DNA of 64,000 nucleotides from Thermoanaerobaculia bacterium (GTDB lineage: Bacteria; Acidobacteriota; Thermoanaerobaculia; UBA5066). The position numbers and the translations under genes are program-made. The stretch spans positions 1 through 64,000 of the forward strand of contig JBBRRY010000018.1 of assembly GCA_038245905.1 (NCBI GenBank). Reading direction: 5' to 3'. Below the pieces are notes generated by a model. It had not been told where the DNA came from, did not search any database, and was given only the letters and a program-made list of their open reading frames with translations. The number at the start of each line of letters is the position of its first letter. Positions within the stretch are counted from its first letter, which is position 1. Positions 40,020 through 49,688 of this stretch are shown piece after piece.

Positions 40020-41954
40020 CTACTCGACTTTCCGGACGTCGCCCATTCGCCGGGTCTTTTTCTTCGCGTCGAAATACTCGAGGAGAGGAATGAGCGTCTT
40101 CCTGGTGAGGCCGAGGAGATCCCGGAAGCCCGCGACGCTCAGCGTCTGTCCCCGCACGGTTTCGAGCTTCTTCTCGGCGGCGAGAGCGACGTCCTTGTGA
40201 ACGACGAGGTCGGGCGACAGCCTGACGAGCGTGCCGGACTTCACGAGATGCGATACGAGGCCTTCGACGACGGCCGGCTTCGTCCCGAGGACGAGTGCGA
40301 GCTCGTGAGGGTGCGGCGGCTCGAACCCCGCCGCGCGAAACCCCTCGGCGATCTTCGCCGCGAAAGAGGCGGAGTCGCCGGCGAGATCCGCGGCCTTCGA
40401 GCCTGCCGGGACGATGCGGTCGCCGTCGAGCGCGATCTTCTTTCCGGCGAGAAGGACGCCGATCCATCCGTCGACCGCGGCGTGGGAGAGGGCCTTTCCG
40501 AGCCGCTCGCCAAACTCGCTCTTCGCGAACGAGACGGAAACGTTGCCGCTCTTCCGGCGTTCGGCGAACGCGGCTGCGGCGCGCTCGGCGAGGGAGGACG
40601 CGGCCCCCGCGTGCGCGTAGAGAGCGGGCGCGATCCTGAGGGCTCTGCCGGAGGATGAGAGCTCGTCGAGGAGTGCGGCAGCCGCCGGAGCCGGCACCCC
40701 GAGGCGAGGCCCGAGGCGGGCCGAGGTGAGGCCCGCCGGGCCGGCTTCGAGCAGGAAGAGGTCCGCGAGATCCCGGGCGTCGCCGCCTTTGAGCACGGAG
40801 AGAGCGTGCGACAGGTGGGTCGCCTCACCGCCGCTCCGGCGCCGGACGCGCGGGCGACCGGCGTCAAGGACGCGCCCCCCTCCGACCGTCTCGACGGGCG
40901 AAGGCCTCCTGAGGACGAATCGGTCGCCGGGGCGCGCGGGCAGAGGCGAGTCCAGCGTGATCTGAAGGAAGCCGCTCGAGCCGGGCGCGAACGTGCGCTC
41001 GCCGGGAGCGCCGGGTTCCGGACGCGCTCCCAGCATGTGCACGCGCCCCGCGACGTCCGCGGTCCCGAGGTGAACGCGCAGGCGCGCACCGTCGTCGATG
41101 GGGCTCTTCACCGAAGGCAGCCACGTGACCTCGACCGTCAGCACGGAGGACGCTTCGAGTCCGCCGCGCGCCGCGAGCGCCTGCCCCCGGCGGAGGGCGA
41201 GACGTTCGACGCCGGCGAGGTTCAGGCTCGTTCGTTCCCCGGCCCACGCCTCCTTGCGCTCCTCGCCGTGCACTTCGATGCGCCGGACGCGCACGTCCTT
41301 CTCTTCGGGAAAGAGCGTGAGCGTGTCTTCCACGGCGATGCGGCCGCCGTCGAGCGTTCCCGTGACGACGGGCCCGAAGCCCTTCATCGTGAACGCGCGG
41401 TCGAGAAACAGGCGCGGCACGCGCTTCGTGCGGTCCTCGCGCACGACGCCCCGGGCCGCCCGCGTGAGGGCCGCCCTCAGCGCGTCGAGACCGGCGCCCG
41501 TGACGGCCGAAACGGCGACGAGCGGAGCGTTCGCGAGGAACGAGCCCTTGACGAGGGCGCGGATCTCGTCTTCCACGAGGGCGCCGGTCTCGGCGTCCGC
41601 GAGGTCGCTCTTCGTGCGCGCGATCACGCCCGAGGAGACCGCGAGGAGCTTCAGGATGTCGAGATGCTCGCGCGTCTGCGGCATGACGGAATCGTCCGAC
41701 GCGACGGCGAAGAGCACGAGGTCCACGCCCTGCGCCCCGGCGACCATCGTCTTCACGAACTTCTCGTGGCCAGGCACGTCGACGAACGAGAACATCGTGT
41801 CGTCCCACGCCGCGTGGGCGAAGCCGAGGTCGATCGTGATGCCGCGCGCCTTCTCCTCCGGCAGGCGGTCGGGGTCGGTCCCCGTGAGCGCCTTGACGAG
41901 CGCGCTCTTGCCGTGGTCGATGTGTCCGGCGGTGCCGACGAGAACGCGGCGCAT
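40020..41954 (-). CDS. selB: Selenocysteine-specific elongation factor
   Basis: GTAGHIDHGKS, DRLPEEKARGITIDLGF, DVPGHEKF, MPQTREH; C-terminal winged helix LTRKTLIPLLEYFD. Confidence 0.95.
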   Translation of the reverse strand: MRRVLVGTAGHIDHGKSALVKALTGTDPDRLPEEKARGITIDLGFAHAAWDDTMFSFVDVPGHEKFVKTMVAGAQGVDLVLFAVASDDSVMPQTREHLDILKLLAVSSGVIARTKSDLADAETGALVEDEIRALVKGSFLANAPLVAVSAVTGAGLDALRAALTRAARGVVREDRTKRVPRLFLDRAFTMKGFGPVVTGTLDGGRIAVEDTLTLFPEEKDVRVRRIEVHGEERKEAWAGERTSLNLAGVERLALRRGQALAARGGLEASSVLTVEVTWLPSVKSPIDDGARLRVHLGTADVAGRVHMLGARPEPGAPGERTFAPGSSGFLQITLDSPLPARPGDRFVLRRPSPVETVGGGRVLDAGRPRVRRRSGGEATHLSHALSVLKGGDARDLADLFLLEAGPAGLTSARLGPRLGVPAPAAAALLDELSSSGRALRIAPALYAHAGAASSLAERAAAAFAERRKSGNVSVSFAKSEFGERLGKALSHAAVDGWIGVLLAGKKIALDGDRIVPAGSKAADLAGDSASFAAKIAEGFRAAGFEPPHPHELALVLGTKPAVVEGLVSHLVKSGTLVRLSPDLVVHKDVALAAEKKLETVRGQTLSVAGFRDLLGLTRKTLIPLLEYFDAKKKTRRMGDVRKVE

Positions 41955-41955
41955 G

Positions 41956-43623
41956 TCAGTACTCCGGTCCCGTGAAGGTCGAGGCCTTTTCGGGCGCGAG
42001 CGGCTCGCCCGCGAGCTTCGCACGCACGTGCTTGGCGACGCGCAGGCCGTCGAGAGCCGCCGAGACGATGCCGCCCGCGAACCCAGCCCCCTCGCCCGCA
42101 GGGAAAAGACCGGGCACCGTCGTCGACTCGCACCAGCCGTTGCGTTCGATGCGGACGGGCGAGGACGTGCGCGACTCCGGGGCGAGGAGGACCGCCTCGT
42201 CGGAAACGAAACCGCGCATCTTCAGGTCGAAGGCCCGGAGTCCCTCCGCCAGAGCCTCGAGATAGGGCTCGGGCAGGATGCCGTCGAAGAGCGCGGGAAC
42301 GACCGCCGGGCCGTACGTCGTGTGCGGAATCTCCCGCGGCTCGACGCGCCCCGTGCGGCTCTTCAGAAAGTCGGTGACGCGGAGCGCGGGGGCGGCGTAC
42401 GTCGAGCCTCCGGCGCGGAACGCCGCTTCCTCGACGCGGCGCTGGAGCTCGCGCCCCCGGAGCAGCGGCTCGCCCGGCTGGGAGTCGAAGTCCTCGTCGC
42501 GCGTCTGAACGACGATTCCGGCGTTCGCGTAACCGGAGGAGCGCTTGTACCGCGACATCCCGTTCGTCACGACGCCAGAGGGCTCCGACGAGCACGCGAT
42601 GACCTCGCCGCCCGGGCACATGCAGAACGTATAGATGCCGCGCCCGTTCGACGCGACGTGCGCCTGCTTGTAGTCGGCGGGCATCACGCCGCACGAGGAC
42701 GAGAGCTGCGCGTACTGGATGAGGTCCACGGCGTCCTGGGGATGCTCGATCCGGACTCCCATCGCGAAGTGCTTCCGCGTCATCGCGACGCCGCGCCGGA
42801 GAAGCATCTCCATCGTGTCGCGAGCCGAGTGGCCGAGAGCGAAGATCGCGAGCTCGGCCGTGATCTCCTCCCCCGAGGCCAGGATCAGGGCGTGAAGGCG
42901 GTTGTCCTTACCCCGCGTCACGAGATCGACGACCTTCGCGCGGTAGCGCAGCGTGGCGCCGTGCTCGAGAAGGTGCTTGCGGACGTTCCGGAGGACGACG
43001 ACGAGCCGGTCCGTGCCGATGTGCGGCTTCGCGTCGACGAGAATCGAGGCCGGCGCGCCGAAGCGGTGCAGCGTCTCGAGGACGACCGCGATCTTGTCGT
43101 GGCGCTTGCCGCAGGCCAGCTTCCCGTCGCTGAACGTGCCGGCGCCGCCTTCCCCGAACTGGACGTTCGACTCGGGGTCGAAGACGCCGGACGTCCAGAA
43201 CTTCATCACCGCGCGGTAGCGGTCTTCGGCCGGATCTCCGCGCTCGAGCACGGTGACGGGGATGCCCGCGTCCACGAGTGCGAGCGCCGCGAAGAGGCCC
43301 GCGGGTCCCGTCCCGACCACGGCGGTCTTCGCGGCGCGCTCGACCGGCGGGAGGAGGAGATCGGGGCCGTGCGGAGCAGGAGCGTCCGCGAGGCGGAGAG
43401 GAGGGGAAAGCCGGGGGGCGAGCGGCGCCTCGGAAGAGAACTCCACGCTCAGGTCCCAGAAGAGGGCGGGCTTCTGCCGCGCGTCCAGCGAGCGGCGCAC
43501 GAGGACGAAATCCGAAAGCCCGTCTGGCGAGACGCCGAGGGCGCGCGCGACGACGGCGAGGTCCACGCTCTTCGGCGCACGGGCGCGGAGGCCGGAGAGA
43601 CGGTAACGAAACGAGCCCGGCAC
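41956..43623 (-). CDS. Uncharacterised FAD-dependent oxidoreductase (COG2509-like)
   Basis: VGTGPAGLFAA, NVQFGEGGAGTFSDGKL, PHIGTD, FCMCPGG, GEGAGFAGGIVSAA. Start GTG 43623. Confidence 0.85.
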   Translation of the reverse strand: MPGSFRYRLSGLRARAPKSVDLAVVARALGVSPDGLSDFVLVRRSLDARQKPALFWDLSVEFSSEAPLAPRLSPPLRLADAPAPHGPDLLLPPVERAAKTAVVGTGPAGLFAALALVDAGIPVTVLERGDPAEDRYRAVMKFWTSGVFDPESNVQFGEGGAGTFSDGKLACGKRHDKIAVVLETLHRFGAPASILVDAKPHIGTDRLVVVLRNVRKHLLEHGATLRYRAKVVDLVTRGKDNRLHALILASGEEITAELAIFALGHSARDTMEMLLRRGVAMTRKHFAMGVRIEHPQDAVDLIQYAQLSSSCGVMPADYKQAHVASNGRGIYTFCMCPGGEVIACSSEPSGVVTNGMSRYKRSSGYANAGIVVQTRDEDFDSQPGEPLLRGRELQRRVEEAAFRAGGSTYAAPALRVTDFLKSRTGRVEPREIPHTTYGPAVVPALFDGILPEPYLEALAEGLRAFDLKMRGFVSDEAVLLAPESRTSSPVRIERNGWCESTTVPGLFPAGEGAGFAGGIVSAALDGLRVAKHVRAKLAGEPLAPEKASTFTGPEY

Positions 43624-43655
43624 GGCCCGTATTCTGAGGCTATCCTTCAGGCCGG

Positions 43656-44393
43656 ATGATCGCCCTCGTCCTCGCGGCCGGTTTCGGCACGCGCTTCCGG
43701 CCCGAAACACTCACACGGCCAAAAGCCCTCCTCCCGCTCGGCGGCCGGCCAATCCTCTTCCACGTTTTCGACCATCTCCTGGGGCAGGGCGCGGACGCCT
43801 TCGTCGTGAACGCGCACCATCTCGCGAAGGACATGCGCGGTGCGGTCGGGGAGTCGTACGCGGGCGTCCCCATCGCATGGTCCCTCGAGGAGGAGATTCT
43901 GGGCACGGCGGGCGGCATCCGGCGCGCAGACGAGCGCGGCCTCCTCGGGAGCGGACCGTTCCTCGTCGCGAACGCCGACGTCCTGACGACGCTGCCGCTC
44001 GGGCGTCTCCTCGCGGGGCGGCACGAGCCCGGGGTCGTGTCGGCGCTCGCGGTTCTCCCGAACGGAAACCCTTCCGTCGACACGCCGCTCTGGGCCGATG
44101 CGTCGGGGCGGCTCGTGACGGTGGGTGGCGAGCGCCCCGGGCCCGACGCCACGGGGCCGTGGCTCTTCACCGGGCTTCAGGCCGCCACCCCCGCGCTCGC
44201 CGCGCGCGTTCCCGCGGGTTTCAGCGAGCTTGCGCGGGACGTTCTCGCGCCATCGGCCCGCTCCCGGGACGGCGCGTTCGTGCTCGTCCCGTACGCGCCC
44301 GCCGACGGCCTCTGGTTCGACCTTGGAACGCGCGAGCGGCTGACGGCCGCCGAGGCAGCCCTCGAGGCTCTCAACTCTCCTGCCTCCGACTGA
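43656..44393 (+). CDS. Sugar-phosphate nucleotidyltransferase (MurU-like)
   Basis: LAAGFGTRFRP..PKALL, LGTAGG, VANAD, WFDLGT. Confidence 0.8.
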   Translation: MIALVLAAGFGTRFRPETLTRPKALLPLGGRPILFHVFDHLLGQGADAFVVNAHHLAKDMRGAVGESYAGVPIAWSLEEEILGTAGGIRRADERGLLGSGPFLVANADVLTTLPLGRLLAGRHEPGVVSALAVLPNGNPSVDTPLWADASGRLVTVGGERPGPDATGPWLFTGLQAATPALAARVPAGFSELARDVLAPSARSRDGAFVLVPYAPADGLWFDLGTRERLTAAEAALEALNSPASD

Positions 44394-44398
44394 CACCG

Positions 44399-44983
44399 TC
44401 ACCATCTTTTGATCCACTGCAGGGATTTGCCGTGCCAGGTGAAGCTCTGGATTTTCGCGTTCGCGGGCGTCACGCGGACGGCCGCCTGGCGGCGCTTCCT
44501 GTTCGAGAGATAGACCGTGCCCGGCGATGCCTTGCCGATCGGCGAGAACGAGCAGATATCGGACCGGCCGAAGCGAAGCGGGTCGGCGACGTTGCCAATC
44601 GGCGCGCCGCCCGGGTCGAGGCCGTCGAAACCGGGCACGAAGGAAAACGAGATACCGGGGTACTTGCCGCGGAGCCAGTAGGGCCCGCCGACGAGTCGGT
44701 CGACGCCCTTCCTTATGTCGGCCGTCGTGACGCCGTTGCCGTTCCCGTCCTGATAGACGGAGAGGACGAGATCTCCGCCCGAGGAGATCCACTTCACTCC
44801 CACGTCGACGCCCTGAAAGACGGCGCGCGAGCGGGCCATGTTCAGGATTCCGGACACTTCGCGGGCGGCTGCCGCAAGACCCTCCTCGGCGAGCAGGTCG
44901 GAGAGGGCGGGAAGGCTGAGGGCGAAGACGAGGCCGAGAATCAGGAGGACGACGAGAAGCTCGGGAAGGGATGTGCCGCGCAT
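44399..44983 (-). CDS. FimT/GspH-type prepilin-like protein
   Basis: Class III signal MRG|TSLPELLVVLLIL; GGAGG SD. Confidence 0.8.
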   Translation of the reverse strand: MRGTSLPELLVVLLILGLVFALSLPALSDLLAEEGLAAAAREVSGILNMARSRAVFQGVDVGVKWISSGGDLVLSVYQDGNGNGVTTADIRKGVDRLVGGPYWLRGKYPGISFSFVPGFDGLDPGGAPIGNVADPLRFGRSDICSFSPIGKASPGTVYLSNRKRRQAAVRVTPANAKIQSFTWHGKSLQWIKRW

Positions 44984-45057
44984 GATCGGCTTCCTCCGCG
45001 AGGAGGGAGGGGGCGGCCCGGCGGAAATCCGCGCGCGCCGCCCCCTCGTCGCCTTCG

Positions 45058-45465
45058 TCAGGCCTTCCCCTTCTTCGTGCTCGAGGCGCCGGATTTCTTC
45101 GTCGCCTTCGAGGTGCTTCGTGTCCCCTTCGACGAAACCTTCTCGGCGAGGGTCGTCGGACCCGAAACAGACAGGTAGGGCTTCAGAGTCGTGAAGAACT
45201 TCTCACCCACGCCCTTGACCTCCATGAGGTCCTCGATGCGGCGGAACGGACCGTGCTGGGCGCGATGCGCGACGATCCGGTCGGCGAGCTTCGTGCCGAC
45301 GCGCGGCAGTCGCGCGAGCTCGGCCGAGGCCGCCTGGTTGATGTTGACGGTCTTGTGCGGGGCCAGCGCGTCACCTTCCGCCACGGCGGGATGCGACGCG
45401 AGACCGGAGAGGGAGAGCCCGAGTACGGGCACGATGAGAGCGCGGACGATTGGACGCAGGACCAT
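45058..45465 (-). CDS. comEA: ComEA-family helix-hairpin-helix DNA-binding protein
   Basis: Signal peptide; VNINQASAAELARLPRVGTKLADRIV..GPF..DLMEVKGVG; Lys-rich tail. Confidence 0.88.
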   Translation of the reverse strand: MVLRPIVRALIVPVLGLSLSGLASHPAVAEGDALAPHKTVNINQAASAELARLPRVGTKLADRIVAHRAQHGPFRRIEDLMEVKGVGEKFFTTLKPYLSVSGPTTLAEKVSSKGTRSTSKATKKSGASSTKKGKA

Positions 45466-45619
45466 TGGAAACTCCTTTCGAGTTCGTTGTCGTTGAGGAA
45501 ATTCAGAACATTCAGGACATTCCGGGATTCGGGTGTTCCTTCCGCTGATTCCCGGGCGCGCCCGGGTGCGCGTTCCGTTTCATTTCATGAAGCCTCGTCT
45601 CCTTTCGCGGCAACACATC

Positions 45620-45634
45620 GCAGGTCTCGTGCCC
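45620..45634 (-). promoter_or_regulatory. Candidate sigma54 -24/-12 promoter for comEA-pilin
   Basis: Minus strand GGGCACG-AGAC-CTGC with GG-N10-GC spacing. Confidence 0.55.
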
Positions 45635-45875
45635 CGTGGGCGTGAAAGAACGCAACCCGCTGGCCCTGCGTGGATTGAACGAGGGGCGATTTGCGCGAGG
45701 CAGAGGGCGGACTGTCAGGGCCTCCTGTCAGCCGACTGGCCGGGCCCGTCTCAAGTCCCTGCGTAGAGGAGACTTGGAACGGCCGCACGAACCCGTCGTG
45801 ACCTGACAGGCGCTTCTGACACCCGATCCAGTCCACAACCTCCGCCGTAGGACAATCGGTGCGGCAGGAGACCTC

Positions 45876-46490
45876 GTGAATCCCTCGTCTCATCTCATCC
45901 TGGGCATTTCGGGCGCGAGCGGTGCGCGCCTGGGCCTGCGCGCCCTCACGCTCTTCGCCGGCTCCCCGGACGTCTCGTGCCTTCACCTCGTGGTCTCGCC
46001 GCGCGCGCTCCTCGTGGCGCGGACGGAGATCGACGCGGGCATTTCCTCAACCCAGGCGCTCGTGGACGCCGCGGGCCTCGACCCGGCGACGCATCAGAAG
46101 CTCGCCCTGTACTCCGAGGGCGCGGTGGACGCCCCGATCTCGTCGGGGTCGTTCCGGACGCGCGGGATGGCCGTCCTGCCGTGTTCGGCGGGCACTCTCG
46201 CGTCGATCGCGCACGGGACGTCCCGAGGCCTCCTGCAGCGGGCGGCCGACGTCTGCCTCAAGGAGAGGCGCCGGCTCGTCCTCGGCCTCCGAGAGACGCC
46301 GCTTTCCCTGATCCACGCCGAGAACATCGCTCTCGTGACGCGCGCCGGCGCGATCGTCGCACCCCCCGTTCCGGCGTTCTATGCGGCGCGCACGGTTGAG
46401 CAGATGCTCGACGCGTACCTTCTCCGGGTCGCGGACCTCTTCGACATTCGCGTCGCGACGGACGACTTCCGCTGGAAAGGCGGAGCGTGA
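45876..46490 (+). CDS. ubiX: Flavin prenyltransferase
   Basis: GISGASG, ISSGSF, PCSAGTLA, RAADVCLKERR, RETP, PAFY. Confidence 0.93.
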   Translation: MNPSSHLILGISGASGARLGLRALTLFAGSPDVSCLHLVVSPRALLVARTEIDAGISSTQALVDAAGLDPATHQKLALYSEGAVDAPISSGSFRTRGMAVLPCSAGTLASIAHGTSRGLLQRAADVCLKERRRLVLGLRETPLSLIHAENIALVTRAGAIVAPPVPAFYAARTVEQMLDAYLLRVADLFDIRVATDDFRWKGGA

Positions 46491-47365
46491 CGGACGGCCT
46501 CGGCTCCGTGGGCCCGCGCGCAAGGCGCTTCCTCTCCCTCGTCACCTTCTCGCACACGATCTTCGCGCTGCCCTTCGCGCTCCTCTCGGCGGTGCTCGCC
46601 GCGGGCGGCCTGCCGAAGGCCGGAACGCTTCTCTGGATCCTCGTCGCGATGGTCGGCGCGCGCTCTTCGGCGATGGCGTTCAACCGGATCGTGGATCGCG
46701 ACGTCGACGCCGTGAACCCCCGCACCGCGCGGCGCGAGATTCCCTCGGGTTCCGTGTCGGTCTCCGCGGCGGCGGCCTTCTGCGCGTTCTCCGCGGGGAT
46801 ATTCGTCGCTGCTGCGTGGTTCCTGAACCCGCTGTGCTTCGCTCTCTCGCCCGTCGCGCTCGCGATCGTTCTCGGGTACTCCTTCACGAAGCGGCTGAGC
46901 GCTCTCTCCCACCTCGCCCTCGGACTGGGCCTCGCGATTGCGCCCGTCGGGGCGTGGATCGCGGTGACGGGCCGGTTCGCGGCGACTCCGGTCGCGCTCG
47001 GCCTCTCGGTCCTCTTCTGGGTGGCGGGTTTCGACGTGATCTACAGCCTGCAGGACGAGGCGTTCGACCGCGCGCATGGCCTCTTCTCGCTGCCCGCTCG
47101 TCTCGGCGCCCGCCGCGCGCTCGACTTCTCGACGATTTTCCACGCGGTTTCGCTCGTGCTCCTGTACGGTGTCTTCGTCCTTTCGGAAGGCGGACCGCTT
47201 TTCGGCGCGGGCGTCGTCCTGGCGGGGATCTTCCTCGTCAGGCAGCACATCCTCGTGTCCCCGAAGGACCTTTCACGGGTCGACGCCGCCTTCTTCGCCG
47301 CGAACGGCTGGCTGTCCGTGGCCGTCTTCCTCTGCGGTGCTCTCGACGTCCTCCTCAGGCGCTAA
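46487..47365 (+). CDS. UbiA-family prenyltransferase (MqnP-like)
   Basis: HTIFALPFA, AMAFNRIVDRDVDAVNPRT, GFDVIYSLQD. Confidence 0.88.
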   Translation: MTDGLGSVGPRARRFLSLVTFSHTIFALPFALLSAVLAAGGLPKAGTLLWILVAMVGARSSAMAFNRIVDRDVDAVNPRTARREIPSGSVSVSAAAAFCAFSAGIFVAAAWFLNPLCFALSPVALAIVLGYSFTKRLSALSHLALGLGLAIAPVGAWIAVTGRFAATPVALGLSVLFWVAGFDVIYSLQDEAFDRAHGLFSLPARLGARRALDFSTIFHAVSLVLLYGVFVLSEGGPLFGAGVVLAGIFLVRQHILVSPKDLSRVDAAFFAANGWLSVAVFLCGALDVLLRR

Positions 47366-47377
47366 ACTCGCCGCCTC

Positions 47378-48040
47378 GTGCCGGCGCCCACCCCGAAGGA
47401 ATTCCCGCTTCGCCACATCGCGATCGAAGGTCCGATCGGCGTCGGGAAGACCTCGCTCGTGGGCCTCCTCGCGAAGCGGTTCAGCGGCACGCAGATCCTC
47501 GAGGACGTCACGAATCCGTTTCTCGGGGATTTCTACGCCGGGAAGAAGGGCGCCGCGTTCCAGACGCAGATTTTCTTCCTCCTGTCGCGTTACCGCCAGC
47601 AGCAGGAGATCGCCCAGATCGACCTCTTCAGGAACCTCGTCATCGCGGACTACACGTTCGCGAAGGACAAGATCTTCGCGTACCTCACGCTGAACGACGC
47701 CGAGATCGCACTCTACGACAAGCTCTACGCCACACTCGCCGCGAGCGTCCCGCGGCCCGACCTCGTCGTGCACCTGACGGCAAGCGTCGAGACGTGCCTC
47801 TCACGCATCAAGAAGCGCGGCCGGACGTACGAGAAGGCGATCGCGCCGGAGTACCTGAAGTCCCTCGTCGAGGCCTACAACTATTTCTTCTACCACTTCC
47901 GGGACTGCCCGCTCCTCGTCGTCGAGACGAACGACATCGACTTCGTCGAGAAGAAGGGCGATCTCGAAGACCTCATCGCGCAGATTACGCGCCCGTTCCG
48001 CGGGACGCAGATTTACGTCCCGCGCGGCTCGAAGAAGTAG
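47378..48040 (+). CDS. Deoxynucleoside kinase
   Basis: IAIEGPIGVGKTSL, AFQTQIFFLLSRYRQ, RIKKRGR. Confidence 0.9.
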   Translation: MPAPTPKEFPLRHIAIEGPIGVGKTSLVGLLAKRFSGTQILEDVTNPFLGDFYAGKKGAAFQTQIFFLLSRYRQQQEIAQIDLFRNLVIADYTFAKDKIFAYLTLNDAEIALYDKLYATLAASVPRPDLVVHLTASVETCLSRIKKRGRTYEKAIAPEYLKSLVEAYNYFFYHFRDCPLLVVETNDIDFVEKKGDLEDLIAQITRPFRGTQIYVPRGSKK

Positions 48041-48382
48041 GGAATGGCTGAGAAGCAGTCTCTCCAATTTTTCTCTTGCTTTTGCGGGCGTTCTTGATTC
48101 TCATTGATGGAATAATTCTCGGAGAGTTCGGTGGTCCATTCCCCGACGTCTTCGCCGGCCCATGAGGTTCATGGCCGGAAGGTTCTGGTCAAGGAGGTTC
48201 GCCCCTATTTCCAACCCCTGGGGTCACATACGGGAAACGGCCCCACCGAAGCCTCCCGAAGTCCCGGAGCCGGTAAAGGTTTCCCACTCCCCAACCCGGC
48301 GGTCGCCGCTTCCTCTGGAGCTGCGCCCGCGATTCCCCCACGGTTCTCCGATTCCGAATCGGAAACCATCTCTGGAGCTCTG

Positions 48383-48670
48383 ATGTATACGGACAAGACC
48401 ATCCCCTGTATCGACTGCAGCGCCCCCTTCACGTTCACCGCGAACGAGCAGGAGTTCTACGCCCAGAAGGGCTTCTCGAACGAGCCCAAGCGCTGCAAGA
48501 ACTGCCGCGACAAGCGCAAGACCGGCGGCTTCGGCGACGGCGGCGCGCGCCAGCTCTACAACGTGACGTGCGACGCGTGCGGCAAGACGACACAGGTCCC
48601 GTTCAATCCCACGAACGGCAAGCCCGTTTACTGCCGCGACTGCTACCGCGAACGGCGTCCGGCAAGGTAA
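48383..48670 (+). CDS. Small double zinc-ribbon protein (zf-trcl plus CxxC-x17-CxxC)
   Basis: DKTIPCIDC..FTFTANEQEFY..PKRCKNC; CDACG..VPFNP..PVYCRDC. GGAG SD before ATG 48383. Confidence 0.88.
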   Translation: MYTDKTIPCIDCSAPFTFTANEQEFYAQKGFSNEPKRCKNCRDKRKTGGFGDGGARQLYNVTCDACGKTTQVPFNPTNGKPVYCRDCYRERRPAR

Positions 48671-48679
48671 GGGGGTTCG

Positions 48680-48706
48680 GGGGGAAAGGGTAGGACCCTT
48701 TCCCCC
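48680..48706 (+). terminator. 12-bp perfect hairpin after the zinc-ribbon gene (no clear U tract)
   Basis: GGGGGAAAGGGT-AGG-ACCCTTTCCCCC. Confidence 0.5.
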
Positions 48707-48749
48707 GGAATTCCAGCGCGCTACGCGCGCTGCTAAAGTTCCTTCCGAA

Positions 48750-49688
48750 ATGGCTGTGCTCGCTGCACGTCCGCTCTTCGTCGCCGATTCCGCGCTGGAC
48801 CTCGTCGGAAACACGCCGATGGTCCGGCTCACGCGGTTCGCCGGGAGCGGGGCGGCCGAAATTCTCGCCAAGTGCGAGTTCCTGAACCCTGGTGGCTCCG
48901 TGAAGGACCGCATCGGCGTCGGCATGATCCGCGATGCGGAAGAGAAGGGCCTCCTGAAGCCGGGCGGAACCATCATCGAGCCGACGGCGGGAAACACGGG
49001 TATCGGTCTCGCGCTCGTGGGCGTCGCGCGCGGGTATCGCGTGATCCTCTGCGTGCCGGAGAAGTTTTCGATCGAGAAGCAGAAGGTCATGGCGGCGCTC
49101 GGCGGGACCGTCGTGACGACGCCCGACGCCCTCGGGATGAAGGGCGCGATCGACAAGGCGCACGCCCTCGCGGCGGAGATTCCGGGCGCGTACGTCCCGC
49201 AGCAGTTCTCGAATCCGTCGAATCCGCGCGCGCACTACGACACGACCGGCCCCGAGATCTTCGAGCAGTGCGGCGGCAGGCTGGATGCGATCGTGATCGG
49301 AGCGGGCTCGACCGGGACGTTCGTCGGTGTCGCCCGCTTTCTCTCCGAACGCCTGCCGAACCTCCTCAGGGTCGTCGTCGAGCCGCAGGGCTCGATCCTC
49401 GGCGGCGGGAAGGCCGGCCCGCACAAGGTCGAAGGCATCGGCCAGTCGTTCTTTCCGGAGATCTGGGATCCCGCGCTCGTCGACGAGGTGATCGCGATCG
49501 ACGACGACGAGGCGTTCGCCGCCGTTCGCGAGCTCGCGCGGACGGAGGGTCTCCTCGGCGGCGGCTCCGCGGGCTGTAACGTGGCGGCCGCGCGTAAGCT
49601 CGCGCGAAGGCTGGGCCCCGGCAAGCGCGTCGTGACCCTCATCCCGGACGGCGCCGAACGCTACACGAGCCAGGGACTCCTGGGATGA
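48750..49688 (+). CDS. PLP-dependent cysteine synthase / O-acetylserine-dependent cystathionine beta-synthase (MccA-like)
   Basis: NPGGSVKDR, EPTAGNTG, QQFSNP, HKVEGIG. Confidence 0.88.
   Translation: MAVLAARPLFVADSALDLVGNTPMVRLTRFAGSGAAEILAKCEFLNPGGSVKDRIGVGMIRDAEEKGLLKPGGTIIEPTAGNTGIGLALVGVARGYRVILCVPEKFSIEKQKVMAALGGTVVTTPDALGMKGAIDKAHALAAEIPGAYVPQQFSNPSNPRAHYDTTGPEIFEQCGGRLDAIVIGAGSTGTFVGVARFLSERLPNLLRVVVEPQGSILGGGKAGPHKVEGIGQSFFPEIWDPALVDEVIAIDDDEAFAAVRELARTEGLLGGGSAGCNVAAARKLARRLGPGKRVVTLIPDGAERYTSQGLLG

Noticed and set aside
48118-48380. Glycine or c-di-GMP riboswitch (GGAGAG, CACCGAAG, CTCTGGAG fragments)
   Set aside because: The conserved CUCAGG or GCAAA..GACGCAAAG elements and their spacing are missing; kept only as an unassigned structured leader.
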